Part shown: positions 1 to 9,600 of the stretch, in pieces
How the letters are laid out: each line of letters opens with the position of its first letter
Position numbering within the stretch: the stretch's first letter is position 1
DNA from: Nitrospiraceae bacterium UBA2166
GTDB lineage: Bacteria; Nitrospirota; Nitrospiria; Nitrospirales; UBA2166
Assembly (NCBI GenBank): GCA_002328825.1
Contig: DCWI01000055.1
Coordinates: 1 to 45,899, forward strand
Direction: 5' to 3'
DNA: 45,899 nucleotides
Notes under the pieces: model-generated
What the model was told of the DNA's origin: nothing
Databases searched by the model: none
The model's input: the letters and a program-made list of their open reading frames with translations, nothing else
Translations under genes and position numbers: made by a program

Positions 1-27
1 CTGAGCCAGGATCAAACTCTCAGAGTT
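1..27 (-). rRNA. rrs: 16S rRNA, 5' end only (gene runs off the left edge)
   Basis: Positions 1-20 are the exact reverse complement of AGAGTTTGATCCTGGCTCAG (27F region). The mature 5' end is estimated about 7 nt upstream by analogy to E. coli. Confidence 0.93.
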
Positions 28-103
28 TTTAACATCTATAAAAATCGGAACTTGTAAAAAAGTTCACGAGGGCCGCCACTTCAAAACACCAAAAAATATT
101 CTC

Positions 104-116
104 TTTTCAAAGATCA
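104..116 (-). promoter_or_regulatory. rrn leader boxA antitermination site
   Basis: Minus strand reads TGATCTTTGAAAA, a boxA-like motif lying between the rrn promoter and 16S. Confidence 0.75.
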
Positions 117-131
117 AATATCCAGCGGGGG

Positions 132-160
132 ATGCTACCGTATCACACCATTACTGTCAA
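132..160 (-). promoter_or_regulatory. sigma70-type rrn promoter
   Basis: Minus strand TTGACA (160-155), 17 nt, TAGCAT (137-132), followed by a GC-rich discriminator CCCCCGC typical of stringently controlled rRNA promoters. Confidence 0.8.
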
Positions 161-371
161 GTAGGTAACGCCTCTCAAAAGCCACTCTTTCCCTCGCCAA
201 AAAGCGCCAGACACTGCTCAAGACGCTTCGTACTGCGAATCGCCGAAACAGCATTTTGCCATATAACTCAGGTAAAACTACGGACTCAGCATACCACAGG
301 AAGCATCCCTTAATGCTCCCCGCAAAATCACGAGAATGCTCACGGGTAATACAGAGTGGGCTTAAGGAAAA

Positions 372-587
372 TTATCCAGTTTCTGGACCACAGTTCATGC
401 CGTTGCAATCATTGCACATGTAGGCACCATCAATCCACTTCATCGGTTCATCACACATCGGACAGTCTGGTGGAGGAGAAGATGGCACAACAAGCGAAGC
501 TAGGTCAAATTCTAGGTTCGAATCCAATGCTGTATCATCGTTGCATTCTGCCGTATCGCCCACAACAACTTCATCCATGAGAATCAT
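372..587 (-). CDS. small acidic Zn-ribbon-like protein (CPMC...CNDC)
   Basis: 71-aa ORF with two CxxC pairs, an acidic N-terminus and AGGA upstream. The start could be 587 or 578. Confidence 0.55.
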   Translation of the reverse strand: MILMDEVVVGDTAECNDDTALDSNLEFDLASLVVPSSPPPDCPMCDEPMKWIDGAYMCNDCNGMNCGPETG

Positions 588-950
588 TATGAGCGTCCTA
601 ATAACACTTCGTCAACAAATACATAGACACCACACATTCTTCATTTACACACTTCCTAGATCGCTGATTGAAACATTCTCACAGCAAGACTCCCCCTCGC
701 ATGCTCGTGCGATCTACAATCGACATCGATCAGCACAAATAGCCTTCACTCGTCTTGAAATATTTGTATAAAAATACGCATGCACTTCTAACCTCATCGT
801 TTCGCACGGCCAGTTGGTTAACTATAGCCATCACCACGAAACTTTTCTCCTCTCCCTCATCATATTGTGAATTTTTGTGTTAAAAATTGCGGGACCCTTT
901 GTCCCCACGGGAATACCCCCACACCAAAACACATTCTCGCATTCTATACC

Positions 951-2468
951 TTATCGCATTGACTCTTCACGTAACCCTATCAGGAGACTCACACATAACG
1001 CCATGAGAACAATAGCAAATGGAAGGCCACTGACAATTGAGACCGTTCGTAAAGCAACGAGCCCACCACCAATAAGCAATCCCACAGCCGCAACACTTCC
1101 CAATACCGCCCATAGCACCCGCAACGCAACAGATGGGACCTCCTGCCCGCCAGCAGTAATAATCCCTATAACATAAGCGCCAGAATCGGCCGAGGTCACA
1201 AAAAATATCACGACAAGGATAATGCCTATCACAGCACTTACTTCAAAAACTGGATACCTCCCCAAAAGAACAAAAAGTCCAACTGCAGGATTTTCCGTAA
1301 TCACTGTTGCCATACCACCTTGAGCAAACAATTCCTCATACAAGGTAAAATTTCCAAAGGCAGTGAGCCAAATGAACGTCATAATAAACGGAACCACAAC
1401 AACTCCAAACACAAACTCCCTAATTGTTCTCCCACGAGAAATTCTGGCCAAAAACATTCCGACAAATGGCGACCAAGCAATCCACCACGCCCAGTAAAAA
1501 ACAGTCCAATTGTCTTGCCACCTAGTAGATTGATAGGCTTCAGTCCACAGACTTAACTGAGGCAAGTGATAAAGATACGATCCAGCATTTTGGATAAGCG
1601 AATTGAAAAAGAAAAGAGTAGGTCCCGCCACAATGACAAAAAGCAGAAGCACACCAGCCAATCCAATATTAAACTCACTAAGCCTTTTAATTCCTCGATC
1701 TAACCCAAGCACAACCGACACAATTGTGATGCAAGTAATCCCTGCAATGAGAACGACTTGGGTTCCAATCGATTCAGGAAGACCAAACACGTAGCTAAGA
1801 CCAGCGTTAATTTGCTGGACTCCAAGTCCAAGAGATGTTGCAATCCCAAAGACTGTTGCAACAGCTGCGACAGTATCAATTAAATGACCTATTGGCCCAT
1901 AAATCTTGTCACCAAGAAGAGGAAAGAAGACTGAACGAATAGCCAAAGGGAGACCTTGATTAAAGGCAAAAAATGCAAGAGCCAAGCCAACTAATGCATA
2001 GACTCCCCAAGCATGAACACCCCAGTGTAAAAGAGTAATATTCATTGCGAGTTCTGCCGCCTCAATGGTTTTCCCTTGCCCCATTGGGGGAGAAACATAG
2101 TGAGCAATAGGCTCTGCAACACTCCAAAACACCAAGCCAATTCCCATGCCTGCACTAAACAACATAGTAAGCCATCCCCAATAAGTAAAATCCGGCGCCG
2201 CAGTCTGACCACCGATTCGAATCATCCCATATTTGCTAAAATACAGATAAAGCACTACGCCCAAAAACAGATTCATGCTAAATACAAAAAACCATCCGGC
2301 TGCATCTGAAATAACGCGCTGAATTTGTTCAAAAATGTGTTGCCCCTGAGGCATCGAAAGCAACAACAGGACAATCACACAGAGAACTATAGACAGAGTG
2401 CCCCAAAACACTGGAGGAAGAAAAGACCCACGCCACCTACCTGATAACATCTGATTAGAATCTGTCAT
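951..2468 (-). CDS. BCCT family transporter, probably Na+/glycine betaine (BetP/OpuD-like)
   Basis: About 12 TM segments. LFSAGMGIGLVFW (G-M-G-I-G, Na+-coupled type), HWGVHAW, and the WTVFYWAWWIAWSPFVG Trp-box motif. Lies next to a betaine synthesis gene. Confidence 0.93.
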   Translation of the reverse strand: MTDSNQMLSGRWRGSFLPPVFWGTLSIVLCVIVLLLLSMPQGQHIFEQIQRVISDAAGWFFVFSMNLFLGVVLYLYFSKYGMIRIGGQTAAPDFTYWGWLTMLFSAGMGIGLVFWSVAEPIAHYVSPPMGQGKTIEAAELAMNITLLHWGVHAWGVYALVGLALAFFAFNQGLPLAIRSVFFPLLGDKIYGPIGHLIDTVAAVATVFGIATSLGLGVQQINAGLSYVFGLPESIGTQVVLIAGITCITIVSVVLGLDRGIKRLSEFNIGLAGVLLLFVIVAGPTLFFFNSLIQNAGSYLYHLPQLSLWTEAYQSTRWQDNWTVFYWAWWIAWSPFVGMFLARISRGRTIREFVFGVVVVPFIMTFIWLTAFGNFTLYEELFAQGGMATVITENPAVGLFVLLGRYPVFEVSAVIGIILVVIFFVTSADSGAYVIGIITAGGQEVPSVALRVLWAVLGSVAAVGLLIGGGLVALRTVSIVSGLPFAIVLMALCVSLLIGLREESMR

Positions 2469-2569
2469 GAAATAACTGGCTTAAGTGGAAGAAAAACATT
2501 CCGGAGCGAGACAAAGGAAAACCCGCACACACGAGAGTGCTCCAGACCAAGCGATGTCAGAAGCAGACC

Positions 2570-4219
2570 CTATGGTTTTCGGTAGGAAAGAATGCCCCAG
2601 GACAAATAACCCGCATCGCCAGCATCAACCCAGTGCTGGAGTCCTAGTTTCATGCGCTCTAAATACGCTTCAGCGCAAGTCTCACGCAATGTTGAATAAT
2701 TAGGGTCAATCTCCTCCCGCACTCTAGCGTAATGCATTGGCAAATGTTCGGAAAGATCCAGCACTTCAATTTCCTCAAACCCCACAGACAAGGCAATCTG
2801 CCGGTAGGTTGCAATAGATCCAAGGGTATCAAGGTGAATTCGATCAAGAATCGGTTGAAGAACATCCGGGGGACATGATTCGCTTTGCATTGGGTCGGTA
2901 AAAATAAACTGCCCTCTTTTCGACAAAACCCTAAAAACCTCTGCAAAAACTGCGGGCCGGTTTGCACTGTGCAAAATCGAGTCTTGTGACCAGACAATGT
3001 CAACAGAACCATCGGGGAGCGGAATGTCCTCAAAACTTCCGTCGACCACATTAATCAATAAATCAATCCCCTCAGCAGCATTGAGCTCACGATTACGCTG
3101 GTTTTGAACCTCACTGAGATTTAGACAACACACATGGCAACCATATGCCTTTGCAAGGTAACGTGCTGCCCCTCCATACCCAGAACCAATATCAAGAACC
3201 CGAACTCGCTTATTGGTATCAGTGAGTTTTGAAGCCATGTATTTCACCATCTCATGACTTGCCTCAACAATCGATCTATTTCCATTGTCGTAGAGTCCAA
3301 TGTGGATATCTTGTCCACCCCAAATTATTGAATAGAAATTATCAGCATCATCACTGTTATAGTAGTCACGCGCCGCATTAACCACGGTTGAATACGTCTC
3401 CGGTGCAGGCTTCGGAAGGGGCTCCTCATTCGCATACCTTTTTTCAGCGACATGAACGAAAAAATCAGGATCGTGAATACGGTAAGTCTCCTGAAAGTCT
3501 CCATAAGTATGTACTTGCTGAAAACCAACCTCATGCATGAGTGTTCGAGTATAGTGCTTCCGAAGTGGAAACATATTTAGGTGATACTTGGTTCCATCAG
3601 GAAACACGTAGCGGAAACGTGCAAGCCCTTCATCAACATACTCAGGTTCCGCTTTCACGTTCTCACCACAATAGTAGTAAATATGCTTAGAACTAAAGCC
3701 ATGATCCAAAATCGCGTCATAATTACGCTGGTCTAGAATAAGGATACCGTCATGGGTCAATGCCGCATAGAACTCTGCAAGAGCCTTCCTCCTGTCGTGT
3801 TCAGAAAAAAGATGTGTAAGGGAATTGCCAAGACATATGACAGCATCATACTTCGTATGGACATCCCGGCTTAGCCAACGCCAATCTGCCTGGATTGTTT
3901 GCAAGATAAATCCAGCCTGCTTAGCATTTGCAAAAGCCCTAGCTAGCATTTCAGGACTTCCATCCGCACTCACAACATCAAAGCCCGCTTGGAGAAGACG
4001 AACAGAGTGGAACCCTGTACCAGTTGCAACGTCAAGAACACGCTTCACCCCACGCTCTTTGAGAAGGCGAATAAAAAAATCTCCTTCACTCGTTGCCCGT
4101 GCTTCCCAATTAATCAGATCATCCCACACCTTCACAAAGTTGTGGACATACTCTTCCTTATACAAATCTGTCTCCCGCTGCATCAGCGGGCTATCGCCAT
4201 AATTTTGCTCAGTTTTCAT
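2570..4219 (-). CDS. fused glycine/sarcosine N-methyltransferase and sarcosine/dimethylglycine N-methyltransferase (glycine betaine synthesis)
   Basis: Two class I SAM-MTase domains. GSMT-like: WDDLINW, VLDVATGTGFHS, CLGNSLTHLF, DQRNYD, YYYCG. SDMT-like: YYNSDDADNFY, WGGQDIHIGLY, LDIGSGYGG, WSQDS. Confidence 0.92.
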   Translation of the reverse strand: MKTEQNYGDSPLMQRETDLYKEEYVHNFVKVWDDLINWEARATSEGDFFIRLLKERGVKRVLDVATGTGFHSVRLLQAGFDVVSADGSPEMLARAFANAKQAGFILQTIQADWRWLSRDVHTKYDAVICLGNSLTHLFSEHDRRKALAEFYAALTHDGILILDQRNYDAILDHGFSSKHIYYYCGENVKAEPEYVDEGLARFRYVFPDGTKYHLNMFPLRKHYTRTLMHEVGFQQVHTYGDFQETYRIHDPDFFVHVAEKRYANEEPLPKPAPETYSTVVNAARDYYNSDDADNFYSIIWGGQDIHIGLYDNGNRSIVEASHEMVKYMASKLTDTNKRVRVLDIGSGYGGAARYLAKAYGCHVCCLNLSEVQNQRNRELNAAEGIDLLINVVDGSFEDIPLPDGSVDIVWSQDSILHSANRPAVFAEVFRVLSKRGQFIFTDPMQSESCPPDVLQPILDRIHLDTLGSIATYRQIALSVGFEEIEVLDLSEHLPMHYARVREEIDPNYSTLRETCAEAYLERMKLGLQHWVDAGDAGYLSWGILSYRKP

Positions 4220-4930
4220 CGCTTAAGTCCTAACCAATCAGAGAGACACCTCAAAGAGAAACGCCGGCATTGTCTCAGCACAGGAAACCACCAAAACATC
4301 TTTAGGGGAAGATGCAAGCTTATCACAAGATGTTCACTAAATCAAAATCTCTTATACGCAATACGGAATGTGGGCCAATTTTTGTTCCTGGCAAGGATCG
4401 AAACCCCTATAATTATAGGGGTCATATGCAACACTGAAACAATTCCGTCAATTTATTGACGAATAAAGAAACAAGAATTTCCCTTCCTCCCTATCACAAA
4501 ACATTGCTCTATCAGGATCATAAAATAGCCCAGTCTCCTCAAATTCTTCCACTGTCCAAGGCCTTCTACTGAAATACATACTAACCGATTCGTGCCTATT
4601 CCCCACTCAAGCTCAACGGAAAAACACTCAATATTGTACGCCAAGCTGCCCAATCGAAAAGCACATTTCAGAGGAATCCCCCAACAATCCTCTTACGAAT
4701 ATCCGCCTAGTAACACAAACACACAATGCCGTGATAATACATAGAATTCCCAAACCAAAATCATGAGTGCCTTACACGGAAATTCCCTCATCTTCTCGGA
4801 AAGGTTTTCATCTCCCCTCCCAAAAAATGGTAGAATTTAGGACTTGATTTATAACCGGCATAAAGCAAGCACTGAGCCAGTAGACAACGCATGCTCGTGG
4901 ACTATTCAGAAGCAACAATGCAGTCCATGT

Positions 4931-4959
4931 TTGACTCCCACGCGCATGCGTATGATAAT
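4931..4959 (+). promoter_or_regulatory. putative sigma70 promoter of tRNA-Gly
   Basis: TTGACT, 17 nt, GATAAT, ending about 10 nt before the tRNA. Confidence 0.55.
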
Positions 4960-4968
4960 TAACGCCAA

Positions 4969-5043
4969 GCGGGTGTAGCGCAGTGGTAGCGCATCGGCTT
5001 CCCAAGCCGTGGGTCGCGGGTTCGAATCCCGTCACCCGCTCCA
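4969..5043 (+). tRNA. tRNA-Gly(CCC)
   Basis: Acceptor stem GCGGGTG/CACCCGC, anticodon loop TTCCCAA, T-loop GTTCGAATC, encoded CCA. Confidence 0.96.
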
Positions 5044-5114
5044 ACTGCTAGATCCCGAGTTGCGCGACTCACGCGCTTGCCATCTTATTGGACATGTGCA
5101 TGACAGCATAAGGA

Positions 5115-5888
5115 GTGATGGTTATGAAGTACACGTTGACAAGAGTAATCGTGTCTGCAGTTCTAAGTCTTCCCGTCACTGGATTCGCAGCTCCCCTCCA
5201 CGATATGGCAGAGGAAGGGAACCTTGAAGCAGTGCAAAACCTCATATCCCAAGGCGTCGATGCAAACACCAAAGATGACGAGGGATGGACAGCACTTCAC
5301 CATGCCGCATTCGAGGGGTATGCAGATATTGTCAAGTTGCTTCTTGCAGAAAAAGCAACGGTTGATGTGAAGGACAAAACAGGAAATACCTCGTTATATC
5401 GCGCAGCGGAAGGAGGCAACAGTCAGATTGTAAAAGCCCTCATTGCCGCTGGCGCAAATGTTCAGCTAAGTGACGAAAATGGAATCACCCCACTAATAAT
5501 GGCGGCCGTCCAAGGATACGTTACGATTGCAGGACTATTGATTGAAAGCGGCGCAGACGTAAATATCACAGACAAGTTTGGTAACACCCCCTTAAACTGG
5601 GTAGCACACCAGGGCGAAATTCTTATGGCCAAATTCCTTGTCTCAAAGGGTGCCAATGTCACATCACGAGATTCCAGTGGCAATACCCCTCTGCACGTTG
5701 CCGTAGCAGCAAGAAAAAAAGGAATTGTCGAACTCTTACTAACCCACGGGGCAGATGTGAATTCCACACTTCCTAGTGGCTACACCCCACTTGATATCGC
5801 AAACGCGCGAACTGATACTGCTCTTGCTGACTTCCTTACTCAACATGGAGCGAAGTCAGGGAGTCCTGCTAAAATCGAGAAATCATGA
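5115..5888 (+). CDS. secreted ankyrin repeat protein (about 6-7 repeats)
   Basis: Repeated GxTPLHxA...G...IVxLLxxGADVN motifs, an N-terminal signal peptide and an AAGGAG RBS. Confidence 0.93.
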   Translation: MMVMKYTLTRVIVSAVLSLPVTGFAAPLHDMAEEGNLEAVQNLISQGVDANTKDDEGWTALHHAAFEGYADIVKLLLAEKATVDVKDKTGNTSLYRAAEGGNSQIVKALIAAGANVQLSDENGITPLIMAAVQGYVTIAGLLIESGADVNITDKFGNTPLNWVAHQGEILMAKFLVSKGANVTSRDSSGNTPLHVAVAARKKGIVELLLTHGADVNSTLPSGYTPLDIANARTDTALADFLTQHGAKSGSPAKIEKS

Positions 5889-6248
5889 AGTCTAGGCTAA
5901 AAAAAGACGTTCAACCCTTGTCATCAATCTTCAGAAGAGACCCTGACTTAACCTAAAGCTCAAAGAAATATCCTCCACCCAATTGCACACGACGCATACG
6001 ACAAAGGCCCGTGAACACGTCAACTACTCGAGCATACCTAGCCTGGCCTTCAAAAAAATTAAACCTCATTTTTATAGTTATCCTGATATACCAACACTGA
6101 GCATGGTCAGCCAGTGTCTTCGTGATTAGTATTTCTAAATCTTGAAAACTTTGAACTGGATCTACTCCTATAAATACAGATGAGTCCTGAACAATATCCG
6201 ACTCACATGATTGGCTCTCCATACACGCTAACCCAAATATAGGAGACA

Positions 6249-6644
6249 AGGGTAAATATCAGGAAATCTGATAAGGAATGGAAAAGACTACTGTCCGTTG
6301 AGGAATATAGAATACTTCGTGAAAGCGGGACAGAACGCGCCTACACAGGCAAGTACTGGAATACTCACAAACCAGGCCAATATATGTGCGCGGGATGTGG
6401 CCATGAGCTATTCACATCCGAGGCGAAATTTGATTCCAGAACCGCTTGGCCAAGCTTTGATGCACCAATTGCTCCGCAACGCGTAGGAGAGAAAGAAGAC
6501 GCCAGTTTTCTGATGAAGCGGATCGAAGTGTTCTGTGAGCAGTGCGATAGTCACCTTGGGCACCTCTTCGATGACGGGCCAACACCAACAAGAAAGAGGT
6601 ACTGTATCAATTCAATAGCATTAAAATCCACTCCCTCAGTATGA
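6249..6644 (+). CDS. msrB: peptide-methionine (R)-S-oxide reductase MsrB; start codon anomalous
   Basis: The frame of the 6384 ORF stays open upstream through KSDKEWKRLLSVEEYRILRESGTERAYTGKY. Also CAGC, KFDSRTAWPSF, CEQCDSHLGHLFDDGP and RYCINS. No ATG/GTG/TTG lies between the in-frame TAG (6240-6242) and 6384, so the start coordinate is an estimate. Confidence 0.88.
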   Translation, partial: RVNIRKSDKEWKRLLSVEEYRILRESGTERAYTGKYWNTHKPGQYMCAGCGHELFTSEAKFDSRTAWPSFDAPIAPQRVGEKEDASFLMKRIEVFCEQCDSHLGHLFDDGPTPTRKRYCINSIALKSTPSV

Positions 6645-9600
6645 TCACTATGCGAATCATGATTCAGCATCATCTTGTTAACATTTCAACGTGGGTAGTG
6701 CTATGCATACTGTGCGTTCTGCCCTCTTCGATATACGCTAGTCAAACTATCCATCATGAGATTCATGTCCTCATTAATCCGACACAACACTTCCTAAAGG
6801 TTGAAAATGCTATTACATTTCCAAAGCACATTTTGTCGAAAACTAAACGGCAACTAGATTTCTTGATTCACGGAGACCTTCTACTTTCCACGACAACAAA
6901 AGGAATAACGCTTACTCGGAAAAACGGGCCGAAAGCTGCGATTCCTCTGGCCAATTACACACTGACTGTTCCTCCCAATACGCAAACTATTGTTCTCCAA
7001 TATGAGGGCGAAATCTACCACCCCCTAAGAGCGGAGGGAGAAGAATACGCGAGAAGTTTCACAGAGACGCCTGGCCTCATTTCCTCCAAAGGCATCTATC
7101 TTGCTGGATCAACCGCTTGGTACCCACAATTCGACAACCATCTAATGTCATTCACGATGGACATCGATCTACCAGAACCTTGGAATGCTGTCAGTCAAGG
7201 AAAACGCACAATATTCGATGACCAAAACAATCTGGTGCAAGTTCGCTGGGAATCACCTCAACCTCAAGATGAGATTTTCCTGATCGGTGGCCCATTTACC
7301 GAGTATCGAAAACAGGCTGGCTCCATTGAGATACTGGCATTCCTTCAAGCACCAGACGTTGCGTTGGCAAATACATATCTAACTACTACAGCGCAATACT
7401 TGGAGATGTATAACACTCTGCTCGGACCATACCCCTATCCAAAGTTTGCACTCGTCGAAAATTTCTGGGAAACGGGATATGGCATGCCTTCCTTCACTCT
7501 TCTCGGACCCAAAATACTTCGTTTTCCATTTATCCGCCATTCATCTTATCCCCACGAAATCCTCCACAATTGGTGGGGACGAGGTGTATATGTAGATTTC
7601 AAATCAGGAAATTGGAGTGAAGGACTCACCTCCTATCTTGCAGACCACCTGATCAAAGAACAACGTGGCGCCGCAATCGATTATCGTCGAAGTACCTTGC
7701 AGCAATATGCAGATTACGTCGCGGACGCGAAAGACTTTCCCCTGACTGAATTTCGATCACGCCACAGTGCAGTCACACAAGCAATTGGCTATGGCAAGAC
7801 GTTGATGTTCTTTCACATGTTACGGCAGCAACTTGGGGATGAAGCCTTCGTCCTAGGACTACGTATCTTCTATCAAGACAATACCTTTCGACACGCGACA
7901 TACGAAGATCTCAAGCAAGCGTTTGAGCAAGCCTCAAAGCAAAATCTCAGTGCGGAGTTTGCACAATGGATCACCCACTCAGGAGCACCCAGTCTTCGTG
8001 TAAGCAACGTACACGCACAACCCAACGGATCAACATATCGACTTACCGCCACACTTGAGCAAACACAGCCTGGCCCGCCATATACACTGCTCATTCCTAT
8101 TGCGATCAGTCCTACAGAGCAAGCTCCTGCCTACCAAACAACGGTATCAATGAATACTCTCCAACACACAATTGACCTCCAACTCCCCTTCCGCCCACTT
8201 CACTTGCACATTGATCCAGAATTTGACGTATTCCGCCGATTAGATCGCAATGAGACTCCTCCAGCATTAACGCAAGCGTTTGGTGCCGCAAAGGTCACCA
8301 TTCTTCTCCCGAGTCAAGCTCCAAAACGTCTACTCGCCGAATATCTCGAACTTGCTCAGTCATGGAAAGCCTCACAACCTGGGGCGGTCGATATCAGAAT
8401 GGATAACGCACTAACAACATTCCCCCCGGATCACAGTATCTGGCTCTTCGGATGGAACAATCAATTTCGCCATCAACCAATAGCAGCGCTATCAAATTAT
8501 GATGTTTCAATCACAGAATCGTCTGTCATCATTGGAAACAAAAAGCTCGCTCGCGAGACCCATTCCATTATCCTCAGTGCACGTCGTTTCGACAATCCGG
8601 ATCTTGCGCTGGTATGGGTTGCAACAGACAACGTAAATGCTCTGCCAGGGCTTGGACGTAAATTGCCTCATTATGGAAAATACAGCTATCTAGGATTTAT
8701 TGGTGATGAACCAACAAACACCGTCAAAGGACAATGGCCCATTGTCAACTCACCAATGTCCATTCCCATTCAACATTTCGATGACCGACGAGAATCAGAA
8801 TCAACAATGCAATTGGCCCCTAGACACGCATTAGCCACCCTACCAGAGCTCATATCAGAAGAGCGAATGGTCACAATGATTACATGGCTCACACACAAAT
8901 CATTACAAGGACGTGGGCTTGGGACACCCGAGCTAGATCGCGTTACCAGGTTCTTGGCGGAAGAGTTTCACAAAGCAGGTCTCAAGCCAATAAGCCCCAA
9001 CAACAATTATCTCCAAACTTGGCAAGAAGACGTGGAAACCCTTGGAACAAATATCACAATGCATAACGTAATTGGAATTATTCCTGGAACCAATGCAAGA
9101 TTTTCCAATCAAAGCGTCGTAGTTGGTGCACACTATGATCATCTCGGCCTTGGATGGCCAGATGTGCATGCCGGGGATGAAGGTAAAATCCACCATGGTG
9201 CTGACGATAATGCAAGCGGAGTTGCTGTGCTTTTAGAATTAGCACGAACTTTAACTCAAACTTTACAACCGGAACGTACGGTTGTTTTTGTTGCGTTTAC
9301 AGGAGAAGAAGATAGCCTCCGAGGATCACAATACTACGTCAAGCATACACAACAATTTCCCTCTGATAAGGTTATAGGAATGGTCAATTTTGATACAATC
9401 GGACGCCTTGAGAATAAACCACTTACCGTGATAGGAACCGCTTCGGCTCGAGAATGGATTCATGTGTTTAGGGGTGCAGGATATATCTCTGGCATACCAA
9501 TTGAGTTTGTGATGACTGACCTCGAATCAAGCGACCAGAAAAGCTTTATAGACGCAGGCGTCCCTGCGGTTCAACTTTTCACGGGTCCCCACCTCGACTA

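Noticed and set aside
4808-5227. ORFs 4808-5044 and 5009-5227 (likewise 18594-18917 and 18698-18940)
   Set aside because: They overlap tRNA genes and are translations of tRNA sequence.
5953-6249. 98-aa minus-strand ORF between the ankyrin gene and msrB
   Set aside because: No motif or convincing RBS, and it overlaps the presumed msrB upstream region.
6249-6644. Selenocysteine MsrB
   Set aside because: The catalytic position is TGT (RYCINS) and there is no in-frame TGA.
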